64,000 bases of DNA. Source: Octopus sinensis (Eukaryota). The stretch lies in NCBI RefSeq assembly GCF_006345805.1, contig NC_043014.1, forward strand, positions 49,352,001 through 49,416,000, given 5' to 3'. Shown here one piece after another: positions 52,569-63,911 of this stretch. Positions within the stretch are counted from its first letter, which is position 1. Each line of letters begins with the position of its first letter. Position numbers and translations under genes: made by a program. The notes under the pieces were generated by a model that was given only the letters and a program-made list of their open reading frames with translations, was not told the DNA's origin and did not search any database.

Positions 52569-52860
52569 CTATACAGATAAGTGTATGTGTGTGTATGTGT
52601 GACTATACAAGTAGGAGTGTGTGTGTGAGTGTGTGGTATGTGTGGGAGTGTGTGTGTGTGAATATATAGGCGTGTGTGTGGGTTGGTGGGTGTGACCATA
52701 CAGGTGTGTGTGTGTGAGAGAGACTAAACAGGTGTGTGTGAGACTAAGCAGGTGTGTGTGAGACTAAACAGGTGTGTGTGTGTGTGACTAAACAGGTGTG
52801 TGTGTGTGAGAGAGAGACTAAACAGGTGTGTGGGTAGGTGGTTGTTTGTGACTATGCAGG
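51960..52860. repeat. Compound minisatellite: GACTATACAG(ATAG)-(GT)n-(GA)n units
   Basis: Roughly 20 constant linkers separated by variable GT and GA runs. Confidence 0.9.
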
Positions 52861-54626
52861 TGTGTATGTGTGTATGTGTATTCATGCGTGAAATGCACAA
52901 ACAAACATCCAGGTGAGTGTCAGGTGAGTGTAGTACTTTAATGTAAAGCTGTAACCTTTGAGATCGGTTTTTTTATGATGTCAATGATAGAAGATCAGTT
53001 GGCGAAGAAAGAAAGGGGGAGAGGAAAACAGAAAGAGAGAAAGAGGGAGAGACAGACAGAGAGAGAGAGAGAATGAAGGACAGAGAGAGCGTGACAGAGA
53101 GAGGGAGAGAGAGAGTAACGAATGGAGAGAGAGGAGGCAGTTGGCCACAAAATCTTGTTTACAAATTAACATATATAGAAATCCCTTGCTATCTTATGGT
53201 TCACCTAGTGCAGTTCCCCTATCGGGGGGGTTTATTATTTAAGCTTACATCGATTCCACTGTGGTGGTGTTTTGCATTTATAATGAAATGAATATATACT
53301 CTTTACTCTCTCTTTTACTTGTTTTAGTCATTTGACTGCGGCCATGCTGGAGCACCGCCTTTAGTCAAGCAAATCGACCCCGGGACTTATTCTTTGTAAG
53401 CCTACCTAGTACTTATTCTATCGGTCTCTTTGCCGAACCGTTAAGTGACAGGGACATAAACACACCAGCATCGGTTGTCAAGCAATACTAGGGGGACAAA
53501 CACATACACACACGCATTTATATATACATATATACGACAAGCTTCTTTCAGTTTCCGTCTACCAAATCCACTCACAAGGCATTGGTCGGCCCGGGGCTAT
53601 AGCAGAAGACAGTTGCCCAAGATGCCACGTAGTGTGACTGAACCCGGAACCATGTGGTTGGTTAGCAAGCTACTTACCACACAGCCACTCCTGCGCCTAT
53701 TATACAAATTATTATTTATTTATTTATGCGCCCTTTTCAAGCCTAGCCAGACTCATGGGCCCGGTTTCCCGGTTTCTGTGGCGTATGTGTTCCCCCTAGC
53801 TGGACGGAACGTCAGTCCAGCACAGCGTTACTCAAGAAACAGGAAGAATGAATGAGAGAAAGTTGGGGCGAAAGGGTACAACAGGGGTCACCACCACCTC
53901 CTGCCGGAGCCTCGTGAAGCTTTAGGTGTTTTCACTCAATAAACACACACAATGCCAGGTCTGGGAATCGAAACCGCGATCCCCCAACCGCGAGTCCGCT
54001 GCCCTAACCACTGGGCCATTGCGCCTACACATATACAAATTATAAAAATAATAACAGAAACATTCAGTCCAGTACTGTTTCTACTTCATGGATTTTTACC
54101 CATCGCGGGGCAGTTTTGGAATGCAATACCCCGCAATAGTCAAGGAATTACTGTATATTTTCAAGCAGAGAAATAAAAACAGGAAATGTTACATACAACA
54201 ACATGCAGAGACAATTCTCTTTTTAAAAAAAATCAATTTATGTTTTATGGTGTTTGATATACCTGTATTTGTCTTTGTTGTGCAAGTTCATACTGCTGAC
54301 CCACTTTGAGTTATTTCTCTTTTGCACATTTTTTGGCTTAAATTACTCTTTTACTTGTTTCAGTCATTTGACTGTGGCCATGCTGGAGCACCGCCTTTAG
54401 TCGAGCAAATTGACCCCAGGACTTATTCTTTGTAAGCCTTGTACTTATTATCGTTATCACTACCATTCACGGTAGCATTGTCGTCATCGTCATCACTACC
54501 ATCATCGTGTTTGACATCAGCATTGTTGTCACTGTTATCATCACTGCTTAAACTGATTAATTAATTAATTTATTCTCAATCAATTTATTCTGAAACCCTA
54601 ATAATAATATAAGACTATTTACTCAC

Positions 54627-54717
54627 CTGTAACAAACACTTGATTCTCTCCCCAGGTGAACAAAAAGTTGTGGCTACAGTACCAGCCAACATTCCTGCCT
54701 TAAACACCTGGAAATAA
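54627..54717 (-). CDS. SLC25A20: Carnitine/acylcarnitine carrier, exon 4 (91 nt)
   Basis: ttttcag|YFQVFKAGMLAGTVATTFCSPGERIKCLLQ|gtgagt; carries the second carrier motif PGERIK. Confidence 0.95.
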
Positions 54718-54884
54718 CTGAAAAAAAAAAGAAAGAAAGAAAGAATGAAAAAGGGACACACAGTTCATTATAGAACAGCAAATTTTTAAGGTGTGTTTAA
54801 TTGCTCAAGAACCTTCACAGAACATCTGATATTGAAATAAGAGTTAATAGTTGTTCCCACTCAATCTGAAGATTAGATCCCGAA

Positions 54885-55372
54885 GACATCATCATCACCA
54901 TCATCATCACCACCACCACCACCACCACCATCCTCATCCTCATCATCATCATCATCACCACCACCACCATCCTCCTCCTCCTCCTCCTCATCATCATCAT
55001 CATCACCACCACCACCACCACCACCACCACCATCCTCATCTCATCATCACCATCATCACCATCACACACCACCACCACCATCAATATCCTCCTCCTCCTC
55101 CTCCTCATCATATCATCATCATCACCACCACAACCACCACCACCACCATCATCACCCCCCCCACCACCACCACCACAACCACCACCACCACCACCACCAC
55201 CATCACCATCCTCATCATCACCACCACCACCACCATCATCACCATCAACACCACCACCACCACCACCACCACCACCACCATCCTCATCATCACCACCACC
55301 ACCATCATCACCATCACCACCACACCACCACCACCACCACCACTACCATCATCATCATCATCATCATCCAAC
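54885..55372. repeat. (CAC/CAT/CTC)n microsatellite in carrier intron 3
   Basis: Direct reading. Confidence 0.95.
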
Positions 55373-55629
55373 ATCCACTTTTCCCTGCTTGCATGGCTCA
55401 GACGGAATTTGTTCGAGAAGATTTCCCACAGCTGGATGCCCTTCCTGTCACCAACCTTCACCTGTTTCCAAGCAAGCTGATATTTCCCCCATTGCTAGGT
55501 GTGTCTTTCTTTGCAAAACTAGAAGCAAAGAAAATTGCTTGCTTGTTTACTGCCATTATGTGACGCCAAAACATGACTACACACAAACACAAACACACAC
55601 TTATACATGCATGCATACACACATATATA

Positions 55630-55980
55630 CATCATCATCATCATCATCGTTTAACGTCTGTTTTCCGCGCTAGCATGGGTTGGACGGTTCCCCCGGGGTC
55701 TGGGAAGCCAGGAGGCTGCACCAGGCTCCAGTCTGATCTGGCAGTGTTTCTACAGCTGGATGCCCTTCCTAACACCAACCACTCCGTGAGTGTAGTGGGT
55801 GCTTTTTATGTGCCACCGGCACAGGTGCCAGGGGAATCTGGCAGTGGCCACAATTGGTTGGTGCTTTTAACGTGCCACCAGCACGGAAGCCAGTCAAGGC
55901 AGCGCTGGCATCGGCCACGTTCGGATGGTGCTTTTTACATGCCACCGGCACAGAAGCCAGTCAAGGCGGCGCTGGCATAT
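55630..55980. mobile_element. SINE-like family C ((CAT)n-flanked)
   Basis: CATCGTTTAACGTC...GGATGCCCTTCCTAAC...GTGCTTTTACGTGCC. Copies at ~16490, 23280, 27880, 29480, 39095 and 55360. Confidence 0.8.
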
Positions 55981-56801
55981 AAATATATATATTGTTTTGC
56001 CAACCTGTATAACACTATTTTGCCATACTATATACATATTTATATTGCATTTGTAGGTTTCCCATTTTTCGTCGGCATGACTTCACCTCTTAATTGCTAT
56101 TTCTATCTCTCTCTCTTCTTACTACAAATCTAGTACTTCCTAATAAACATGTTACCTATTTTACTAGAAGAGCATAAACAAATAGATACATACATAATAC
56201 ATACATAACATAATGATGACTGTCTCAGCGATTCTTGTTGAAGAGCCATAGATGGTTTAATTACATTGATTAATTAGTTAATTAATTAGTGTATTTAATT
56301 GTTAAGAGTCAAACTCCAAAGTCCGGGAATGACTAACCATTTATGAATTCTCTCAAATTGTCCTGCCCGCCTACAAAATAGCTTTTTCGTGGTTTGGGAT
56401 TTAACTCCTATTTCTAGCATGATGGAAAACCACTTAGTGGCTTTCCTTCAGTGTATAACTCTTATACACAGATATAATATAATAATATTTGCAGTCTACA
56501 GACATTTTTACTCATGCTGGCCACTGGTAAAAAATTAATATTTAATTTTTACCCTATATTTAAAATTTATATATCTATATTCTTTTTTTTCCTTTTATTT
56601 GTTTCAGTCATTTGACTGTGGCCATGCTGGAGTACTGCCTTTAGCCGAGCAAATCAACACCAGAATTTATTCTTAGTAAGCCTAGTATTTATTCTATCGG
56701 TTCCTTTTGCTGAACTGCTAGGTTACAGGGACACAAACACTCCAACATCGGTTGTCATGCGATGATGGGGGGACAAACACACAAACACAAACACACAAAC
56801 A

Positions 56802-56842
<41 letters not shown>

Positions 56843-56917
56843 ACACGGCAGGCTTCTTTCAGTTTCTGTCTACCAAATCCACTCACAAGGTTTTGGTTGG
56901 CCTGAGGCTATAGTAGA

Positions 56918-57405
56918 ATTAAATATAATAAAATTGAGTACAAAAATAAATAAGAATAATTAAATTGAGCAATGAAAATAATAAATATAATAAAATTGAG
57001 TAAAAAAGAACAAAAAATAATAAAATTGAGTAAAACAATAAAAAAAAAAATTGGGTAATAAAAATTAATAAAATAATAATAAATTTGAGTAAAGATAAAA
57101 AAAATAAATTCAATAAAATTTTTTTTAATTATAGAATAAAACTGAGCAAAAAAAAAGAAAAAATGAAAAAATAATAAAATTGAGTAAAAAAGAATAAAAA
57201 ATAATAAAATAGAGTAAAAACAAAAAAAATAATGAAATTGGGTAATAAAAAATAATAAAATAATAATAAATTTGAGTAAAAAAAAATAAAATTCAATAAA
57301 AATTATTTTTTAATTATAGAATTGAATAAGAAATAAAAAAATAAAACTGAGCAAAAAAATGAAAAAGTAAAAAATAATAAAATTGAGTAAAAAATAATAA
57401 AAACC
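56918..57405. repeat. A-rich degenerate minisatellite (AATAATAAAATTGAGT-like)
   Basis: Repeated AAATTGAGTAAAA / AATAATAAA motifs. Confidence 0.85.
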
Positions 57406-57630
57406 AATCCAGTTATGACCACCTAGTTTTTTGGAGGGTCTAAGACAATATCATTTAATGTATTTTCTCATAAGAAAACGGCATTTGATTCAATAAAGAT
57501 TCGGTTGCTATTTTTAGCAGACCTAGAAACCACATAATGGCTTCCTCATTGGTTCAAGAAAAAATATTTCCTAGAATTGGAATAAAACAATGTCTTGAAA
57601 GGTGTTTATACAAAAAAAAATTACCATTAC

Positions 57631-57758
57631 CTTAATTGTTCCTGGGGCGATTTTTGTTGTAATTTTTTACCGATGCCAAATGTGAAGAACCAAAGTGCAA
57701 ACATTGGTGGAATGATGACGAGAGGAACACCCATTCCTTTGTATAACCCTCGGGCACT
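57631..57758 (-). CDS. SLC25A20: Carnitine/acylcarnitine carrier, exon 3 (128 nt)
   Basis: cccacag|SARGLYKGMGVPLVIIPPMFALWFFTFGIGKKLQQKSPQEQL(S)|gtaatg; phase 0/2, consistent with the flanking exons. Confidence 0.94.
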
Positions 57759-57823
57759 CTGTGGGTGAAGGAATCAAAGAAATACTCAGAGTTTGTCCCT
57801 GCAAGTCATTAATGTTTAATATA

Positions 57824-57986
57824 AGCGCAGGAGTGGCTGTGTGGTAAGTAGCTTGCTAACCAGCCACGTGGTTCCGGGTTCAGTCCCATTGCGTGGCATC
57901 TTGGGCAAGTGTCTTCTGCTATAGCCCCGGGCCGACCAATGCCTTGTGAGTGGATTTGGCAGACGGAAACTGAAAGAAGCCTGTCG

Positions 57987-58020
<34 letters not shown>

Positions 58021-58670
58021 GGCGCAGGAGTGGCTGTGTGGTAAGTAGCTTGCTAACCAGCCACATGGTTCCAGGTTCAGTCCCACTGCATGGCATCTTG
58101 GGCAAGTGTCTTCTGCTATAGCCCCGGGCCGACCAATGCCTTGTGAGTGGATTTGGCAGACGGAAACTGAAAGAAGCCTGTCGTATATATGTATATATAT
58201 ATATACATATAGGCGCAGGAGTGGCTGTGTGGTAAGTAGCTTGCTAACCAGCCACATGGTTCTGGGTTCAGTCCCATTGCGTGGCATCTTGGGCAAGTGT
58301 CTTCTGCTATAGCCCCGGGCCCACCAATGCCTTGCGAGTGGATTTGGCAGACCGAAACTGAAAGAAGCCTGTCGTATATATGTATATATATATACATATG
58401 TGTGTGTGCATGTGTTTGTGTGTCTGTGTATATATATATGTGTGTATGCGTGTATGTTTGTGTGTCTGTGTTTGTCCCCCAAGCATTGCTTGACAACCGA
58501 TGCTGGTGTGTTTACGTCCCCGTTACTTAGCGGTTCGGCAAAAGACACCGATAGAATAAGTACTAGACTTACAAAAGAGTAAGTCCCGGGGTCGATTTGC
58601 TCGACTAAAGGCGGTGCTCCAGCATGGCCACAGTCAAATGACTGAAACAAGTAAAAGAGTAAAAGAGTAC
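57824..58670 (+). mobile_element. SINE family A with triplicated 5' half
   Basis: The head-to-(TA)n unit (~190 bp) is repeated at 57824, 58020 and 58211, then the complete 3' half follows. Confidence 0.88.
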
Positions 58671-58774
58671 TAGCTTCCTGGAATGTGTTTCATCTGTAAA
58701 ATCGGTCAATCCAATAATGTAACACACCACTAGATTTAAAAGCTATTTAATCAATGAATTCCTGGATGGTTAAC

Positions 58775-58840
58775 GGGTTGGATGGGTGCTGATGAAGGAT
58801 CAAGTACTCCTGAAGTATGGCATAGTCACCCATTAACCCA
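58775..58840 (+). ncRNA. Degenerate hammerhead motif with extended stem I
   Basis: GGGUUGGAUGGGUG CUGAUGA AGGA-ucaaguac-UCCU GAAG UAUGGCAUA GU CACCCAUUAACCC. The stem III/cleavage-site positions deviate from consensus. Confidence 0.45.
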
Positions 58841-58846
58841 TTTTTC

Positions 58847-59195
58847 ATTTCGGAGGCGTAGCCATTGTGGTGGCCGGATACCCAATGGATACTATAAAGG
58901 TAGGATAGGGACCATAAAGGGGTGGGCCTTACTTATTAGTCACCCATAAAAACTGAGAAGGTAAACATGTTTGTGTGTTGTATGTGTATGTATGTATGTA
59001 TGTATGTATTATGTATAGTTCAATGTTTAAGAGATGAGGAATTATGTACATTATTTACATTGTTTACATTATTTACATTCGACGGATATTTGTCGGACAT
59101 TTGTTGGATATGCCCACGGGCATAAGGCGTAGTGGTTAAGAGCCCAGGCTACTAACCCCAAGATTCCGAGTTCGATTCCAAGCAGTGACCTGAAC
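58847..59195 (+). pseudogene. Inverted partial duplicate of carrier exon 1 (last 52 nt), its donor and ~290 nt of intron 1, lying in intron 2
   Basis: Reverse complement of 63622-63964. Reads FGGVAIVVAGYPMDTIK|GTAGGA. Differences are few, mostly CpG-type, plus one 11-bp duplication. Confidence 0.92.
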
Positions 59196-59235
59196 AACAA
59201 CAACAACAACAACAACAATAATAATAATGATGATG

Positions 59236-59289
<54 letters not shown>

Positions 59290-60008
59290 TTTTTTATCTT
59301 TGTTTACAATAGGTGTACTCGGATACGAAATATCATAACAAGTCAGTACTGGCTCTAATTTCTGTGGAAAATCAATTATGATAGAACAGGTGTGCTAATA
59401 AAATATTTCATTTTAGAGTATTGGAATTTGAAACAGGTAAAGCTATGACGGAAGGCTGCAAACTTTGTAGGCTGACTATGAAGGAGTGATGCTAGAGCTG
59501 TGAAATCTTGCAAGCATTTATTTCAACTATTCTTATTAATAACTGAATTGTTTCTTTACAGGTAAAATGACACCTGACTATTCAAAGAAGACTTCAAATG
59601 CAATTAGTAGTGACTTCTCTTGAAAATGGACGGAATTTGGCATCGTGATGTTATCGAGTACCAGCAGAAAAAAAAGGGGGGTTAACCCCCAAGGACATTC
59701 ATATTGACATGGTTGGCACACTAGATGATGATGCTCCAGATTTATTTAGGCACAGGAGTGGCTGTGTGGTAAGTAGCTTGCTTACCAACCATATAATCCT
59801 GGGTTCAGTCCTACTGCATGGCATCTTGAGCAAGTGTCTTCTATTATAGTCTTGGGCCAACCAAAGCCTTGTGAGTGGATTTGGTAGACAGAAACTGAAA
59901 GAAGCCCATCGTATATATATATATATATATATATGTATATGTTGGATCATTAGCTCCTACACACATTTTTTTCTCTCCTTGTTTCTCTCCTTGTTTCTTT
60001 TCTGTGTA

Positions 60009-60046
60009 TCTTTCTGTCGAAGAGCGTAGGCTCGAAATGTAAAAGA
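60009..60046 (+). ncRNA. Hammerhead-like motif, A6U family copy
   Basis: UCUUU CUGUCGA A GAGC-GUAG-GCUC GAAAU GUA AAAGA. Confidence 0.5.
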
Positions 60047-60297
60047 CTTGTTTTATTTCTATTCCCGAATGCTATACTAATACAATTGTTTGTTTGTACT
60101 CCACCTGCCTTCATGTTTTGTTTATTTTTGTAAACCTTCCCGTTATATATATATGTATATGTTTGTAAGTCCCTTCACTTCATATAATTTTTGGTCTGTA
60201 ACCAATGGAGGAAATTGATATTTTACTAATGGCAGTGCCCCAGGATGGGTACAGCCCCTGGTTATAGAATATAAGTAATTGGTATTTCATATCTTAC

Positions 60298-60387
60298 CTC
60301 TCGTTTGATGATGTGCATTCCACAATCGAACATATTTCGATAAGGTGAAGGTTGGCCTGGGATCTGTGGTATTGTTTGTATTCGAAC
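60298..60387 (-). CDS. SLC25A20: Carnitine/acylcarnitine carrier, exon 2 (90 nt)
   Basis: ttttag|VRIQTIPQIPGQPSPYRNMFDCGMHIIKRE|gtaaga; phase 0/0; matches human exon 2 [31 protein letters not shown]. Confidence 0.93.
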
Positions 60388-60649
60388 CTAAAATGAGGTC
60401 ATGCATTAGAGAAGGAGGAGGAAGAGTAGAAAGGATGTGAGAATGAGGAAGAAAGAGAGTTGGAGGGAGGTATTTGGGGAGTAGGAGCAAATAGTTTTGG
60501 TTTGTCCAAGGCTTTAGTAAAAATAAACCTTACCCAGTTGCCATGTGTTTGAACTCAGAATTGTGTCTTTCGAAAGCAACCTTCTTAACCACACAGCCAC
60601 ACTAAGAGATGTGTGGATGATGCTATGATAAGTTTAAAAGATCAGTGGA

Positions 60650-61135
60650 TGTGACATTTGCCATATTCTGAACGCCTTACTTCCCTGGGCATTGATACAT
60701 TGAAACTCCGACGTCTGGCAGCTGACTTGGCAGACACCCATAAAATTATCAACCATCTTCCAAACAATAACTCTGAGCACCTTTTCGAACTCCACCCATC
60801 TAACACACATGGACATATTTACAAAGTCAGAAAACAGCACAGCTCCCATGACTTTCGGAAACATTCTTTCACGCTAAGAGTTGCTGAAGCATGGAACAAA
60901 CTGCCGGCATCAGTTGTTAGTTGTCGGAGCACTGCATCCTTCAAAACTTCAATGCTTCCTGAGATTCGCCAACATTACACCTGATTGTCTTCCCTCCATA
61001 CACACGCAAGCATGTATCTGACTCATACATTGTTCACTTTCCAGACATTTGTACATTACTGCATATGCTTTATACACACTTTCTGACAAGTTGTGGTGCA
61101 CCTGAGCACTGTATACAATAATTTCATTATTATTA
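60650..61135 (+). mobile_element. CR1-type LINE 3' end
   Basis: PYSERLTSLGIDTLKLRRLAADL...THGHIYKVRK...RKHSFTLRVAEAWNKLPASVV...FK, followed by a 3' UTR and (ATT)n tail. Confidence 0.88.
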
Positions 61136-61759
61136 AGTCTAGATACATATAGGGCTAGATGTGGCTGTGTGGTAAGAAGCTTGCTTCACAATCACATGGT
61201 TCAGGGTTCAATCTGTGTGAGCACCTTGAGCAGGTGTCTTCTATTATTGTACCTTGGGCCAACCAAAGCCTTGTGAGTGGATTTGACTGATGGAACCTCT
61301 TATATGCATGTGTATGTCTTTCTGTCTGTGCTTGACAACCAGTGTCGGTGTGTTTACATCCCCATAACTTAACATTTCAACAAGAGACCTATAGAGCAAG
61401 TACCAGGCATGAAAAAAAAGTACTTGGGTTGATTTATTCAGCTAAAAAATTTTCAAGGCGGTGCTCCAGCATGACCGCAGTCTAATGACTGAAACAATTA
61501 AATGATTATAGATAAAAGCTACTCCACCCAGACAAATAGATTTAAGTTTATACCAGTAATTATTAGGGCAAGGAACATATAAACAACTGATTGTGTGGTA
61601 ATTTTGTGAAGATGGGTTGCTAATCAGGAAATGAGACATCTAATTAGGAAATTATAATTAAAAGACATTGATGGGATTGTGTAAATATTGTATAAGTTTA
61701 GTATTTACTAATGAGATATGCACGTGCTGTTATGTAAACGCGTATATGTATACATACAC

Positions 61760-61807
<48 letters not shown>

Positions 61808-61999
61808 GTATGTATAATCAAAATAAGCAACAAGGATATGCATTACCTCTGGATATCCTGTTGCTTATTTTGATTTTAATTACCTTATTTTGAAATTGTT
61901 TTGAAATTGTATGGATAATACCATACTAAATTCTGGTGCCTCAATTAAGTACCATATTCATCTGAATCTGTGTGTGTGTGTGTGTGTGTGTGCATGTGT

Positions 62000-62079
<80 letters not shown>

Positions 62080-62502
62080 TTATTTTATAGCGGGCATTAT
62101 GACACGTAAATGCCACATGCTAGGATGGACTCTTAAAGTCAAAACTACTAAAATAAACATATTCTTATAAAGATTTTATCCTATTTTAAAATTATATATG
62201 TATATATAAAGGGGTTTGTATGATTGTGTATTGAGGGATATATATTATTCAATAGAATTCCAACTCTATTTTTTATGTTTTATTTATATTCTTTATAATA
62301 TTAATGTAGACTATAGAATATATAGTATAAATAGTATATATAGTAAAATGAAATGAAGTATTGATTGTCTTATTGAATAGATGAAATATTGAATATCAAA
62401 TATTAAGGGACTAGTATACTTTCTTGCATTAAAGCAGTCTTCAAGGTCCCACGTTGTGACAGGAGTGTTTTAACTGTATATATATATAAATATATATATA
62501 TG

Positions 62503-62585
<83 letters not shown>

Positions 62586-62607
62586 ATATACATGTATATA
62601 CATGCAT

Positions 62608-63078
62608 AAGATGTGGTCATCAAATCTAAGTAGAGACTTCAAACTTGAAATCTTCAAAGCCACAGTCAAACCAATTCTACTATATGGCTCAGAAACCTGG
62701 ATGTTATCAAAGAAGGTTGAGAGGCAGTTGGATGGAACCTACACTCGCCTCCTTATGAGAGCTCAAAATCTCTCGTGGAAGCGCCATCCAACCAAAGTAC
62801 AAATATATGGGAAACTACCACCTGTGTCATCTCTTGTGAAAGGTAGGAGAGTCCAGTTTGCTGGACATTGTTGTAGAGCCGAAAAAGAGGTAATTTCTAC
62901 TCTTCTCCTCTGGAAGCCATCTACTCGCAATACCAGAGGGCGCACACTCTCCTAGCCTGATGTAATCTCCAGGGATACAGGCATCCAGCAACAGGACCTC
63001 CGTAATGCCATGATGGACCGTGAAGTCTGGCGTAACATGGTAAATTCCATTGTCTCGACCACGGTCGAACAATGATGA
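62608..63078 (+). mobile_element. RTE-clade LINE 3' end
   Basis: [49 protein letters not shown]...RRVQFAGHCCR...AMMDREVWR. Confidence 0.88.
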
Positions 63079-63296
63079 TATATTAATACATAGATATATA
63101 TATGTGTATGTATGTATGTATGTATGTATATGCATTTATGCAAATATACACAGATGCATATCTGCAAACACACAAACATATACATACATACATAAATATT
63201 TACATACATGGATATATATGTAATGCATAGAGACATACACACATTATTTACATTATTTACATTCGATGGATATTTGTCCTCACCTTGTTTGTTGTT

Positions 63297-63342
63297 AACA
63301 CAACGTTTCGGCTGATATACCCTCCAGCCTTCATCAGGTGTC
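63297..63342 (-). ncRNA. Minimal type I hammerhead ribozyme motif (Penelope-type), canonical core
   Basis: GACAC CUGAUGA A GGCUG-gagggtatat-CAGCC GAAAC GUU GUGUU: 5-bp stem I, 5-bp stem II, palindromic ACGU stem III. Confidence 0.75.
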
Positions 63343-63453
63343 TTGGGGAAATTTTGAACTTGGGTTCTCATTCCTAAGGTATTTTTCGATGTCATTATTA
63401 TTATCATTATTATTATTATTATTATATTATTATTATTATTATCATTATTATTA

Positions 63454-63508
<55 letters not shown>

Positions 63509-63911
63509 CATTATTATTATGATTATTATTATTATTATTATTATTATTATCATCATCATGTTTTAATTGATTTTTGTTAGCCCTTGTGGCCAATAAGCGA
63601 ACGAATTATTATTATTGTTAGTGTTCAGGTCACTGCTTGGAATCGAACTCGGAATCTTGGGGTTAGTAGCTCGCGCTCTTAAGCACTACGCCATATGCCT
63701 GTGGGCATATCCAACAAATATCCATCGAATGTAAATAACGTAAATAATGTAAATAATGTACATAATTCCTCATCTCTTAAATATAGAACTATACATAATA
63801 CATACATACATACATACATACATACACATACAACACACAAACATGTTTACCTTCTCAGTTTTTATGGGTGACTAATAAGTATGCCCCCCCACTTTATGGT
63901 CCCGATCCTAC

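Noticed and set aside
57919-58650. 243-aa ORF and the many recurring RQASFSFRLPNPLTR / DRLLSVSVYQIHSQG peptides
   Set aside because: These are reading frames through SINE family A copies, recurring with variable stops and frameshifts.
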